From positions 8,578 to 72,577 of the forward strand of contig JAGLME010000004.1 in assembly GCA_023140195.1 (NCBI GenBank): a DNA stretch of 64,000 bases, given 5' to 3'. The notes under the pieces were generated by a model. The model saw only the letters and a program-made list of their open reading frames with translations, was not told the origin of the DNA and ran no database searches. This DNA is from Thermoplasmata archaeon. Lineage in GTDB: Archaea > Thermoplasmatota > Thermoplasmata > RBG-16-68-12 > SOIM01. The position numbers and the translations under genes are program-made. Positions 1-10,085 of this stretch are shown piece by piece; the stretch's first letter is position 1, and each line of letters starts with the position of its first letter.

Positions 1-56
1 GGGTCACGAGTTCGAAGAAGGCGCGGGTACTGGCGCGATAGTAGAGTATATGTAGA

Positions 57-1037
57 CTATCTCCAGGTCACGTCCACGTCATCCGTTCTGAATCTTTGAT
101 TGATATGAGTATCATCTATTGTCATTCTTATCCCGGACTCGTACTCCAGAAAGCCGGTCCAGGCTATCATGGCACCGTTGTCGACGCATAGCGATGGATC
201 CGGAACGAACTTGCTGGCTCCCCTATCCTTTGCCATCCGATCCACCATTTCACCCAGCCTCTTGTTGCAGGCGACTCCCCCGCCGAGCAGGACCTCGTTC
301 TTCTCCAGATGCGCCATGGCCCTCTCGGTCACTTCCGTCACCATCGCGAAACTTGTCTCCTGAAGCGAGGCGCAGACGTCCTCCAGGCCCTCGCCCTTCT
401 TGTGGAGGTTCAAAGCCGCGGTCAGGATGCCCGAGAACGACACGTCCATACCTTTCACCGAGTATGGCAGTTGTAATAGCTTGTCGCCTTTTTCCGCGAG
501 TCCCTCTATGGCCGGACCCGAGGGGAAGGAAAGACCGACCTCCCTGCCGAACTTGTCCAGCATGTTCCCTATGCCGATGTCGAGCGTTTCCCCGAGAACG
601 CGGTATCTCTTCTCTGTAAATGCGATGACCTGTGTATTCCCGCCGGAAAGGTACAGCAGAACCGGGTCCTCGCAGCCCGTGGTCTTCCTCCCGATCTCCA
701 GGTGTGCGATACAGTGGTTCACTCCCATGATGGGTTTTTCGAGGGAAATGGCAAGCGCTCTGGCACCTGTGGCTACCGTCCTCAGACACGGACCAAGACC
801 GGGACCCTGGGAGAAGGCCACAAGATCCACGTCTTCAAACCTCTTCCCCGCTGACTTGAGCGACTTCTTGACGAGGTGGATAAGGACGTCGGCATGGTGG
901 TTGGCCGCCTCTCTGGGATGTATCCCTCCCTCCAGAGGTTCATACATGTCCGTGAGGTTGGACAGGATGTTGCAGTTCTCGTCGACGATGCCCACACCAA
1001 CGGTGTGAGCCGTTCCTTCGATGCCAAGACAGAGCAC
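57..1037 (-). CDS. kae1: tRNA N6-adenosine threonylcarbamoyltransferase Kae1 (TsaD/Kae1/Qri7 family)
   Basis: N-term GIEGTAHTVGVGIV and metal-binding NHCIAH motif. Length and domain order are typical of archaeal Kae1 with no Bud32 fusion. Confidence 0.85.
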   Translation of the reverse strand: MLCLGIEGTAHTVGVGIVDENCNILSNLTDMYEPLEGGIHPREAANHHADVLIHLVKKSLKSAGKRFEDVDLVAFSQGPGLGPCLRTVATGARALAISLEKPIMGVNHCIAHLEIGRKTTGCEDPVLLYLSGGNTQVIAFTEKRYRVLGETLDIGIGNMLDKFGREVGLSFPSGPAIEGLAEKGDKLLQLPYSVKGMDVSFSGILTAALNLHKKGEGLEDVCASLQETSFAMVTEVTERAMAHLEKNEVLLGGGVACNKRLGEMVDRMAKDRGASKFVPDPSLCVDNGAMIAWTGFLEYESGIRMTIDDTHINQRFRTDDVDVTWR

Positions 1038-1269
1038 GCAAGAAGATTGACGACCTTCCTAAAATCCTTTCCCAATCGGTTTGTTGCTGGTTTCGGACAT
1101 TGGAAGCCATGATTAGTCTTTTCGATGTTCGGATTCGTCTAGAAGTTCTCGTTTCATGAGAAATAGTTAAGTAGAAATCAGCATATCCTCGAGAACGTAC
1201 CCGCGCCCTATTGTGGAAGGCGAGGGTGAGAACTCTGTAGATCTATGACTTATCGGGGAGGAACGGGAA

Positions 1270-2658
1270 ATGAATGACGCTGCTGAGGAAGGCGACAAGA
1301 GCAAGAAAGCTCCTAGCGAGGAAGAAGTAGAGAAGTTGATTCACAAGGCTGAACTGCCGGCAAGGCAGGCTGCCGTCTACCATCCATTCTATGAAGGAAA
1401 GATCGAGATCATGCCCAAGGTCAGAATCAAGGATTTCAACGACTTTTCCATCTGGTACACACCGGGGGTCGCGGAACCGTGCAGGATAATCGAAAAGGAC
1501 CCTGAAGAAGGGTTCAGACACACGAACAGATGGAACACCATCGCGGTCGTCTCGGACGGCACGCGGGTCCTGGGTCTGGGGGACATCGGTCCTCTTGCCG
1601 GACTTCCGGTAATGGAGGGCAAGGCCTTGCTCTTTAAGTACCTGGGAGGAGTGGACGCCTACCCCATTGTCCTGGACACAAAGGACCCGGACGAGATCAT
1701 CACCGCGGTGAAATGGCTGACTCCCTCATTCGGCGGGATAAACCTCGAGGATCTGTCCCAACCGAAGTGCTTCTACATACTTGACACTTTGAGAAAAGAG
1801 GCGACCATTCCGGTCTGGCACGACGACCAACAGGGAACGGCGACCGTAGTCGTGGCGGGGGTCATCAATGCGCTCAAGGTGGTCGGGAAGAAGATGAACG
1901 AAGCGACGATCTCCATGATAGGAGCAGGCGCTTCCAACATCGCCATCGCGAGAGTCCTGATAGCAGCTGGAGCGAACGCCGACAACATCATAATGGCTGA
2001 CAGCAAAGGCATACTCGGGCTTAACAGAACCGACATCAAAGACAAGTACCCAGAGAAATGGGCGATGGCACAGATGTCCAATAAGGAGGGACGCGAGGGT
2101 GGCACTTCAGAGTGTATGAAAGGCACCGATGTCTGCATTTCTGCCACGAAGCCAGGCCCGGGAGTCCTGAAGAAAGAATGGGTATCCTCCATGGCAGACG
2201 ACTCCATCATTTTCCCGATAGCAAACCCGGTTCCCGAGATTTGGCCTTGGGAGGCGAAGGAAGCTGGTGCGAGGATTATCGGTACCGGCAGGTCCGATTT
2301 CCCCAATCAAGTGAACAATTCCCTGGGTTTCCCGGGGATATTCAGGGGTACTCTTGACGTCTACGCCAAGACGATCACCGACGAGATGGTCATAGCTGCC
2401 GCGGAGGAGCTTGCACAGACAGCCGAGGACAACGGGATCCACGAAGAATACATCGTTCCAACGATGGACGAATGGGAGGTCTTCCCGAGGGAGGCCACAG
2501 CCGTAGCACTGAAAGCCATCGAACAAGGCATCGCAAGGGTGAAGAAGAGCAGGCAGGAGATCTTCGAGAGGGCCGAGTTCCTCATAAGGACGGCGAGGGA
2601 GAAGGTTCAGTTATTCATGAAAGAAGGTTTTATCAAAGAACCGCCACACGTTGAGTGA
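1270..2658 (+). CDS. NAD(P)-dependent malic enzyme
   Basis: Classic malic-enzyme signature [24 protein letters not shown] with Rossmann [10 protein letters not shown]. About 460 aa, the short prokaryotic form. Confidence 0.85.
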   Translation: MNDAAEEGDKSKKAPSEEEVEKLIHKAELPARQAAVYHPFYEGKIEIMPKVRIKDFNDFSIWYTPGVAEPCRIIEKDPEEGFRHTNRWNTIAVVSDGTRVLGLGDIGPLAGLPVMEGKALLFKYLGGVDAYPIVLDTKDPDEIITAVKWLTPSFGGINLEDLSQPKCFYILDTLRKEATIPVWHDDQQGTATVVVAGVINALKVVGKKMNEATISMIGAGASNIAIARVLIAAGANADNIIMADSKGILGLNRTDIKDKYPEKWAMAQMSNKEGREGGTSECMKGTDVCISATKPGPGVLKKEWVSSMADDSIIFPIANPVPEIWPWEAKEAGARIIGTGRSDFPNQVNNSLGFPGIFRGTLDVYAKTITDEMVIAAAEELAQTAEDNGIHEEYIVPTMDEWEVFPREATAVALKAIEQGIARVKKSRQEIFERAEFLIRTAREKVQLFMKEGFIKEPPHVE

Positions 2659-2674
2659 GGGGGGAGAGACCGGC

Positions 2675-3847
2675 TCATTCCAGCTTTCCGGTAACGAACC
2701 CGGGCAATCGGTCCTTGGGTAGGATCCACCAGTAGAACTTGTTGAAGAACATCTTCTTGAAGTACGCCATTCTTGAGAAGGGCGGAGGCACGGGCGGGTG
2801 CTCATAGTCGAAGTCCAGCATTATTCCCCTCCTGAAGCCAGCGTCGCAGAAACAGGTGACCCTTCCATCATACTTCTCACCCTTTGAGGTCCCCCGGATG
2901 TCCCCGATAATGCTCCCGGTAACAACCGAGTTCTCGTAATGGGCGGCAGCGCCAGATTTCGAAACCGGTAGATTTGTGGCGTCACCTATGGCATAGACAT
3001 CGTCGTAGTCAAGCACCTTCAGTGTTTCCCTGTCCGTTATGATCCAACCTCCCCTGTCACACAGTTGAGTCGCCCGAATTACCTTGGCTCCCTTGTGGGG
3101 GGGAATGAGTATCAGAAGATCATAATCGGCCGACTCTCCTTCCAATGAATGGACCAGCTTCTTCTCCGGTTCAACGCTCTCAACGTTGAAGAATGTCTGG
3201 CTCTTGATGTTCTTCATCTCGAAGACCTCAGAGACGAGAGGGTCGATCGGCTCGATCGGGAAAATTCGGGGGAGAGGGGAAAGGAGCTCAATTGTAACCT
3301 TGTCCCTGATGCCCCTTCTGTGGAAGTAATAGTCCATGAGGCAGGCCGACTCTGCAGGAGCTGGAGGGCATTTGTACGGAATACCGCCGATACCTATGAC
3401 GATCCTACCGCCGTTGAATTCGGCCAATGCTTTCCGCAGTTTCACTGAGGATTCAGTGTCGTAGAAATGATAGGCGTCCTCGCACCCGGGTATATCTTCC
3501 GGATGTATTTCCGCACCCGTTGCCAGCACGAGGTAATCATATTCCAGCTTCTTGTCCTTCGAAGTTGTAACTTTTCGATCATCCACATCGATCTTGACCG
3601 CCTTGTCGACCACCAGATTCACTTTCCTCCTGAGCAGTTTCCTTTCATCCTTCACGATCTTGTGCGGTTTCTCATTTCCAAAGGAGATGTAAATGAAACC
3701 TGGCTGGTAGACATGCTTTCCATCCTCGTCCACGAGGGTAATCTCGGCCTCTTCCTTCTTCAGGCTCTTGGCAAGTGAGTTGGCGACCATCGTTCCCCCC
3801 ACTCCACCACCTAGAACCACAACTTTCTTCGTCACTTGATGCAACAC
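2675..3847 (-). CDS. FAD-dependent pyridine nucleotide-disulfide oxidoreductase, sulfide:quinone oxidoreductase-like
   Basis: N-terminal dinucleotide fold KKVVVLGGGVGG and a second GxGxxG (VIGIGGIPYKCPPAP). Family call from motifs; SQR versus NDH-2 is inferred from the TusA/DsrE neighbours. Confidence 0.55.
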   Translation of the reverse strand: MLHQVTKKVVVLGGGVGGTMVANSLAKSLKKEEAEITLVDEDGKHVYQPGFIYISFGNEKPHKIVKDERKLLRRKVNLVVDKAVKIDVDDRKVTTSKDKKLEYDYLVLATGAEIHPEDIPGCEDAYHFYDTESSVKLRKALAEFNGGRIVIGIGGIPYKCPPAPAESACLMDYYFHRRGIRDKVTIELLSPLPRIFPIEPIDPLVSEVFEMKNIKSQTFFNVESVEPEKKLVHSLEGESADYDLLILIPPHKGAKVIRATQLCDRGGWIITDRETLKVLDYDDVYAIGDATNLPVSKSGAAAHYENSVVTGSIIGDIRGTSKGEKYDGRVTCFCDAGFRRGIMLDFDYEHPPVPPPFSRMAYFKKMFFNKFYWWILPKDRLPGFVTGKLE

Positions 3848-3881
3848 TCCGTTCGAAAGCGTACGAGAATAGCCATCACGA

Positions 3882-4124
3882 CTATTTCAATTTCTTCACG
3901 ACAATCCTGTCATGATCCTCTTTGTCGAATACTCCAATGAGCTCGTGTCCGGCCTTCCCGACCCAAAGAGGAATGTCTCTCTTTGACCCGTTATCATTGG
4001 AGAGGATGGCAATCGTCTCTCCGACTTCGCCTTCCCTTATCGCACGAATGAGTTCCATCAGAGGTCCTGGGCAGAAACTTCCCCTGGCATCTATCAGAAC
4101 ATCAGTTTCGACATCATCGGACAT
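3882..4124 (-). CDS. tusA: TusA-like sulfurtransferase
   Basis: 80 aa with the CPGP active-site motif (ARGSFCPGPLMEL) and the two-layer alpha/beta size typical of TusA. Confidence 0.7.
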   Translation of the reverse strand: MSDDVETDVLIDARGSFCPGPLMELIRAIREGEVGETIAILSNDNGSKRDIPLWVGKAGHELIGVFDKEDHDRIVVKKLK

Positions 4125-4148
4125 TGAACCACCTGTAAACCGACCAGC

Positions 4149-4574
4149 TTAGATAAAGAGTGTTATCTTCGCGTCCTTGGCGCTGTCGACGAACTCACCC
4201 ACGCCGACGATATCGTCCACGATGTCATCGAAGCTGTCTTTGTCCATTCCCATGAGGTCTGCGGTCATGGCGCACGCCAAGACCTTGACATTCCCTAGCT
4301 CCTTTGCGGTCCTCAATGTGTCCAACCATGATGGGACGTTCTTCTCCTTCATCATCTGCATCATCATAGGGGCCATATCCTCGAAGTCCTTGCTCATTCT
4401 CGGCGGTTGCTCTGACGCGCCTTTGGCCAACGATTGGAGTCCCCAGAAGGTCGCGAAGATCTCCACGTCCATTCCCATTGCCACTCCCCCGGACGCCAGA
4501 ATGCCCACGGGCATCAGCTTGTCCATCGTTCCTGAGAACACTATCAATGACATTTTGTCTGCCATATTTGACAC
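4149..4574 (-). CDS. DsrE/DsrF-like family protein
   Basis: 141 aa. The start LIVFSGTMDKL...SGGV...ATFWG is typical of DsrE/DsrF-like sulfur-relay proteins. Adjacent to TusA. Confidence 0.55.
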   Translation of the reverse strand: MSNMADKMSLIVFSGTMDKLMPVGILASGGVAMGMDVEIFATFWGLQSLAKGASEQPPRMSKDFEDMAPMMMQMMKEKNVPSWLDTLRTAKELGNVKVLACAMTADLMGMDKDSFDDIVDDIVGVGEFVDSAKDAKITLFI

Positions 4575-4645
4575 CTTTAGTCGACTTCATGTCGATTTCC
4601 GATTTAAGTGTTTGCAGATACTGGACAGACCTGTTGCGACTATCG

Positions 4646-4984
4646 TCACTTCTTGAGCGATTCCCGAACATCGAATGCGAATCTCACATTCGGAATTGCG
4701 ATTGAGCCGCCTATGACGAGAGCGATAGAGAGAGATTCGTCAATCTCCTCGTTCGTTGCGCCTTCCTCTAAACATCTATCGATGTGGTAGAATATGCACT
4801 CATTGCATCTGAGCACGACAGAAGCGACCAGCCCCATCAGCTCCTTGGTCTTTACAGGCAGTGCGCCTCCCTTGTAGGCCCGATCGTCCAATGCGAAGAA
4901 CCTCTGTATCTCCAGATTTCCAGATGCCAGGACCTTCTCGTTCATCCTTGCTCGGTATTCTCTCATCTCCTCGATGTTGACCAT
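4646..4984 (-). CDS. carboxymuconolactone decarboxylase / AhpD-like family protein
   Basis: 112 aa with an AhpD-like core including the Cys-containing helix (VVLRCNECIFYHI). Confidence 0.55.
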   Translation of the reverse strand: MVNIEEMREYRARMNEKVLASGNLEIQRFFALDDRAYKGGALPVKTKELMGLVASVVLRCNECIFYHIDRCLEEGATNEEIDESLSIALVIGGSIAIPNVRFAFDVRESLKK

Positions 4985-5065
4985 GGTAATTCCCCCTGTT
5001 ACGACGTCAGTACTGAAACACGGTCAAACGAAAAAAACGTTCGCTTTGGAGGGACTCGGCACTGG

Positions 5066-5635
5066 CTAGTTGTCCACAAGCTTTGCCCTGAGGTTCTGTC
5101 TTGCGAGAAGTCGTGCGATGTCTTCGAACGCCGGCTCCACGTTCGAGCCTGTCTTTGCGCTGGTCAGTCTATGAGTGGACTCGTAGTTCTGGGACAGCTT
5201 CTCGATGTCGCTCTCGGTGATGACGTACTCACCCTCGAGGTCGGCCTTGTTGGCCAGGAGCTCGACAGGGATCTTGCCGGTGACGTTGAAGGCGTTCATT
5301 ATCCAGTCCTCGAGACTCTCGAACGTCTCTCCGGATGTCAGATCGCAAACCGCTATCAGTCCTTGAGCGCCGAAGAAATAGGCCTCCCTAAGCAGGCTCC
5401 TGAACTCCTTGGCACCCATGATATCGTAGATTATCATGGCGATCTCGTACTCGATCCCCAGCTCCGGGAATGGAACTATCTCGCTCTTCTTGGTGACCTT
5501 TGCTCCGAGAGTTGCCAGATACTTGTCCTCAAAGCTGTCATAAACGAACCTTCTGACCAAGCTGGTCTTCCCCACGGAGCTGTCTCCGACCATGCAGACC
5601 TTGGCCTTTATCTTCTCACGTCTCAGGGGCGCCAC
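5066..5635 (-). CDS. Ras-superfamily small GTPase (Rab/Arf-like)
   Basis: G1 GDSSVGKTSL, G3 DIMGAKEF, G4 NKAD and G5 SAK, all at canonical spacing. Confidence 0.7.
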   Translation of the reverse strand: MAPLRREKIKAKVCMVGDSSVGKTSLVRRFVYDSFEDKYLATLGAKVTKKSEIVPFPELGIEYEIAMIIYDIMGAKEFRSLLREAYFFGAQGLIAVCDLTSGETFESLEDWIMNAFNVTGKIPVELLANKADLEGEYVITESDIEKLSQNYESTHRLTSAKTGSNVEPAFEDIARLLARQNLRAKLVDN

Positions 5636-5763
5636 GGGTGAATCCTCCGTGGCATTCCATTCGGTAGTGTGGGAATAAGAGTTTCTTTTTCATTATCATA
5701 TATGATAAGTGTAGGCCAGACAGTCCCGAAATGCTCTGAAATCACCTCGAAAAGGAGAAGAAC

Positions 5764-6132
5764 TTGGAGATCCGGGGCAGAACATCGGACAAGGTCCGGG
5801 CCGAGGTTCGGAAATCGAACTTAAAGGAAGGAATGTGCATCCTCTTCGTGCCTCACACGACAGCGGGGGTGGCCATAAACGAGAACGCGGACCCGAGCGT
5901 CAAGAGGGACATTGTGATGGAGACCACCAAAATGGTCCCGTTCCAGGATGGATACCAGCACTCAGAAGGCAACGCGGCTGCTCACATCAAGTCAGTGCTT
6001 TTCGGACCCAATCTCACCTTGTTCATAGAAGACGGGGATATTGTTCTTGGAACCTGGCAGGGGGTGTTCTTCTGCGAGTTCGACGGACCGAGGAAGAGAA
6101 GAGTTCACCTGAGAATAGTTGAAAGTTCGTAG
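5764..6132 (+). CDS. YjbQ/UPF0047 family protein (secondary thiamine-phosphate synthase-like)
   Basis: HTTAGVAINENADPSVKRD motif and C-terminal GTWQG are conserved in YjbQ. Probable TTG start at 5764 preceded by GGAG. Confidence 0.6.
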   Translation: MEIRGRTSDKVRAEVRKSNLKEGMCILFVPHTTAGVAINENADPSVKRDIVMETTKMVPFQDGYQHSEGNAAAHIKSVLFGPNLTLFIEDGDIVLGTWQGVFFCEFDGPRKRRVHLRIVESS

Positions 6133-6566
6133 TGCGCCCTCCAGCAGAGCTGTGTAAACGATAAAGAAAGCTTCGAATGCCAAAGGAAGTTGTAGAGACC
6201 TCGGGAAAAGTGTCTCATGTCATTACCATCTACGACGAAACCAAACGGCCTTTGCTTGATGTCTACTCAGAAGTATGAAGGAAGAAGACTTCGAAACATC
6301 GACAACGACGTTTTAGAGAGTTTAGTACACAAGGAGTCTTCATACGGGCCATTGATGCAATAGCTTCTAGTCGATAGAACTAGTTGCTTCAGCCCAGATC
6401 TGGATTTCCAAGGCCTCAGACAATGAATGGCCTCACTTTCTTTGGAAAGATTCCACTACCTAACTATACCTTGCGCAAGAATAGAAAAATAGAGTAAAGA
6501 AGTTGTAGGAGAACCAACAACTTCCGAAAACAGATTCTATATCGATTCAAGAATCAGATGCGGTAT

Positions 6567-6734
6567 TTAGAATCTTCTTGCTGGTTTGTGCTTCTGAAAG
6601 CACTCCCGGCAGTAAACAGGCTTGCCTTGCGTAGGTTTGAATGGTACTTCACATTCCTGCTTGCAGTCAGAGCACGTTGCTTTGTGCATTTCTCTTGGTC
6701 CTCTATCACCATATCCCATATTCTTACTCTCCAT
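6567..6734 (-). CDS. small zinc-ribbon protein (zf-trcl-like CxxC...CxxC), 55 aa, not in the ORF track
   Basis: Minus-strand ORF ATG..TAA giving MESKNMGYGDRGPREMHKATCSDCKQECEVPFKPTQGKPVYCRECFQKHKPARRF. The pattern C-x2-C-x17-C-x2-CF with FKP...RPVYC resembles the probable zinc-ribbon family found alone and at helicase C-termini. Confidence 0.4.
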   Translation of the reverse strand: MESKNMGYGDRGPREMHKATCSDCKQECEVPFKPTQGKPVYCRECFQKHKPARRF

Positions 6735-7602
6735 AACGACCAGCAAAAGTCAATTGTGAACCTGACGTTACGCGTCTTGGAAGAAGCGGAGCGACAATTC
6801 CATACCTTGACAATTCCAATCGGTTATTAGCGGGAGAGAGTGTTATCACGTATTTAGCCTTTATTCTACGGTCTGAATCCCACGTTCTTTGGACGGGAGG
6901 TCAATACTGCTCTCAGGGTCGAAGGAATCGGTCTCTCTGGCAAACCGTACCGATTAGTGATCTTGCAGGAAACTGATGTGCTGGAGGCAGGGTATCCATA
7001 TTGGATTGAGGCGGCTGAAGATACCTGCTGGCTTACCTCCAACTGAGGGAAGACACTTCTAAACGCTCGTCACACTCTTCACAGAAGAAGCCCTGGAATC
7101 TGTCATGATTGATGGCTTCTGCCAAGCACAGTCAAATGAATACTCTCCCCAAACCTACGACCCAAGCCCTTATGTCGTAGATGATAATGAACCACGTCTT
7201 ATTCCATTTCAGTTCCGGAAATAGCCCAGGAAACCACTGAGAAGTGCCTGAAGATTTGATGAGGACGGGACCTAATTCCTGTCAACATCAGGCTTTCCAC
7301 CCAGGGGGTTTCAGGTTGACAACAAAATTACCAGAGTCCTTGTACCCCATGTTCATAGTTCAACCGTCGAGATAGGAATTGAGATTGTGGGATAGATTCA
7401 ATCCTCAGAACTGTTCGGCTCCCCGTGTATCGGACAACTCCTCCCCAAACGGCAAAACCTGCACTTCTTGCGTTCGACCGGCATCAGAGGTTTTACCATT
7501 CTCCCGTACTTCCTTCTCGGGATGCAAGCACCGATCCTGTATGGAGCTGTTGGAGATAAGAATAGCGATTGAATCCCGAAAGAACCTTCATTCACATCAT
7601 CC

Positions 7603-8268
7603 ATGGCAGGCCCGATGAGGATTGAGATCGATGCCTCTTTGAAGAGGACGCATGAAGGGTTGAGCGTTCATGAGATAGACATCGAGGGGTTGTCAATCAT
7701 GAGAGAGACCCCTGAGCTCAATGACTTCAAGAACGAAGTTGCCAGCAAGGTCAGGAACGAGTACGACCTGGAGAAGCTCAAGGATGTGGAGACGATAAGG
7801 AAGTACAGGGATTTCTTCTGGCGACTGGGCATCGACCCCACCAAGATAAGGCCAGCCAGCGAGGCGCTCATCAGGAGGATCCTGCAGGGAAAGGACCTCC
7901 CCAAGATCAACACGGCGGTGGACGCATACAACCTGGTCAGCATCGAGACCCACATTGCGATTGGAGCCTTCGACGATGCATTGCTCAAGGGTCGGTTGTT
8001 GATGAGAACAGCTGAAGAGGGGGAGAACTTCCTGGGAATAGGAATGAAAGAGACCAAGGTCTTGAAAGGTCAGGAGATAGTGATCTCAGACGAAGAGAAG
8101 CTCATCGCGGTATATCCGTACAGGGACGCGGACAACACCAAGGTCACCGATAGAACAGAGAGCATCTACATCCTCTCATGTGGAGTACCTGGGATAGAAA
8201 TGGAACAGCTGAGAGGGGGCAGCCTCCTCACGAAAGAGTACTTCGAGAAGTTCTGCAAGCGGGGCTAG
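7603..8268 (+). CDS. B3/B4 tRNA-binding domain protein
   Basis: Core of about 220 aa with conserved AVDAYNLVSIETHIAIGAFD typical of standalone B3/4 domains (PheT-related). Confidence 0.55.
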   Translation: MAGPMRIEIDASLKRTHEGLSVHEIDIEGLSIMRETPELNDFKNEVASKVRNEYDLEKLKDVETIRKYRDFFWRLGIDPTKIRPASEALIRRILQGKDLPKINTAVDAYNLVSIETHIAIGAFDDALLKGRLLMRTAEEGENFLGIGMKETKVLKGQEIVISDEEKLIAVYPYRDADNTKVTDRTESIYILSCGVPGIEMEQLRGGSLLTKEYFEKFCKRG

Positions 8269-8282
8269 GATAGAAGTTGGGT

Positions 8283-8693
8283 TCACTCAGAAATCTCTTC
8301 AAGGTACAACTTGCCCTCGTTCGTGATCCCGAGCTTCCTTATCACGCTTGTAGCGTATCCGTTGAGCACTTCGGACTCAACGCTGGTGACCATTACGAGG
8401 TCGCGATAGAGCATTGAGGCGGTGTAACATCTGAGATCCGCCAGTTCGAGGTTGATCTCGTTCGATATGGCCCTCTCCGAGGCTTCCGGAACAGTCTCCA
8501 GATAGCTGAGCATCTTCCTTTCTTTCTCTTCATCCCGCAGGTCGCAGAAGTGAGTTATCCCGCTGATGTCCTCGAGCCTCTTCATCCGCTTCTTTATCTC
8601 CACCAGCTCGTCATAGAGCTTTGCCACATCCATGTTATGTCTCCATTCGAATCGTATGCCACCAAGCATATTTATTGGTTGTTGAGCAACCAA
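8283..8693 (-). CDS. hypothetical protein, terminal gene of the tldD-pmbA operon
   Basis: ORF abuts the pmbA stop with 0 nt spacing. No recognisable motif. True start may be the internal Met (MDVAKLYDEL...). Confidence 0.4.
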   Translation of the reverse strand: MVAQQPINMLGGIRFEWRHNMDVAKLYDELVEIKKRMKRLEDISGITHFCDLRDEEKERKMLSYLETVPEASERAISNEINLELADLRCYTASMLYRDLVMVTSVESEVLNGYATSVIRKLGITNEGKLYLEEISE

Positions 8694-10085
8694 TCAGTCC
8701 TGGCCAATTAGCTTGAAGCCGTCGAATGCAATTGATGGACAATATGTGTCTCCGGGGTCGGAGATCATGTAAGGCCCGCCGAACTCCAGATCATTGCCGA
8801 TGGAGATTATCTTGCCGAGGCTCTCATACAGGTTCCCGGACAGCAGTGCGAACTTGACGTATTCCTTGAGTTCCCCTTTCTCGATTATGCTGGCATTCCT
8901 CACTTCCAGGCCGAAGGCGCCCATGAACGGGTTGACCTCCGGGGCGGCGAACTTCTCCACATATATGCCCTTGTCCATTTCAGATATCATGTCCTCCAGG
9001 CTCTTGTTCCCGGGAGGTATTGTGAGGCTGGAGACCGAGCATCTGGCAGGGCCCAAGTAGCTCTTCTCTATGGTCCCGACCCCTCTTCTGTAACCGTTCC
9101 CGGCCTCCTGGCCGGATATCCCGGCATTGTAATGGTCGTTGATGAATCGTTTCAGAACGCCTTTCTCGATAAGTGCCCTGTCCTCGGTCTGGGTGCCCTC
9201 GTCATCCACGGGAGCGGACTGCATTGCGTTGGGAAGCAGGGGTCTGTCAAGTACCGAGAGTTCCTCCGAGAACATCTTGGTCCCCATCTTGTCAGCCCAT
9301 GGACTTCTCTTCTTGTTCACGTTCTCTCCGCTCAATGCAGATGCAAGGCTCGAAAGGAGCATCTGGCCCAGCTCCACGTTGGCTATGATGGTCGGGGCCT
9401 CCAGCTTTCCCTTGAAGGGTGTTGCGTTGAGTGTGTTGACCGCCCTGGTCGAGATCTTCTTGCCTATTTCCTCGAAATCGATGCCAGTGATCTTCGTGGA
9501 GTAGACCTTCTCAATGCCCTCCCCGCTCTTGCCTCCATCTGTGAGCTTGGACGAGAAGAACGCGAAAAGAAGTGTGCCCTTGTGCCCGTTCTCCAGTCCG
9601 GTGGAGTTGGATATCCTGAACTCGTACTCCTGGGCCCTGATATGGCCCTTGGGGACCTCCATTCCGTCGGATTCCATCGCAGAATCGACCACTATCATCG
9701 CCCTGTCCATCAGCTCTTCGGAAGCGGCATCCAGGATCGCTCTGTCGTAAACGCCTTCGACCGTCCGTGTGACCTTCTTGACCGACGGGAAGGAAACGAA
9801 GTTCGGATCGTCCGGTGAGAGTTTCGCTATCCTGATGGCCGACTCAAGAGCGGACAAAGCATCCTCTTCTCGCTCAATGGTCGCGGAGGCGAAGCCGACC
9901 TTCTTCCCTATGGCCACATTCACCCCGATACCTGATTCTTCGTCGTGCAGCGCGATGCTCGGACGAGAATCTTCGATATAGGCAGATCTGGAACGCCATC
10001 TTAGAGAGAAGCATTCAACATCGGAAACTCCTTCCTTTGATGCTTTGGATATCACTATATCATTGATGGAACCCAAGTCGGTCAT
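8694..10085 (-). CDS. pmbA: PmbA/TldE family metalloprotease-like protein
   Basis: 463 aa paralogue of the adjacent TldD lacking the HExxxH motif, as expected for PmbA/TldE. Adjacent to tldD. Confidence 0.7.
   Translation of the reverse strand: MTDLGSINDIVISKASKEGVSDVECFSLRWRSRSAYIEDSRPSIALHDEESGIGVNVAIGKKVGFASATIEREEDALSALESAIRIAKLSPDDPNFVSFPSVKKVTRTVEGVYDRAILDAASEELMDRAMIVVDSAMESDGMEVPKGHIRAQEYEFRISNSTGLENGHKGTLLFAFFSSKLTDGGKSGEGIEKVYSTKITGIDFEEIGKKISTRAVNTLNATPFKGKLEAPTIIANVELGQMLLSSLASALSGENVNKKRSPWADKMGTKMFSEELSVLDRPLLPNAMQSAPVDDEGTQTEDRALIEKGVLKRFINDHYNAGISGQEAGNGYRRGVGTIEKSYLGPARCSVSSLTIPPGNKSLEDMISEMDKGIYVEKFAAPEVNPFMGAFGLEVRNASIIEKGELKEYVKFALLSGNLYESLGKIISIGNDLEFGGPYMISDPGDTYCPSIAFDGFKLIGQD

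Noticed and set aside
119-789. Multiple 60-180-aa ORFs (119-619 +, 169-363 +, 250-789 -) overlapping kae1
   Set aside because: They are Arg/Pro/Ser-rich alternative-frame shadows of a high-GC gene. Kae1 motifs define the true frame.
4784-5641. 285-aa plus-strand ORF
   Set aside because: It is antisense to the small GTPase, whose G-box motifs are all present, and has no motifs of its own. Likely a shadow ORF.
7190-7260. Segment gttccggaaatagcccaggaaaccac with vague resemblance to the SRP RNA helix-8 region
   Set aside because: Similarity is too weak to call by eye and no Alu-domain or flanking helices were recognised. Left for an Rfam scan under the ORF-poor region finding.
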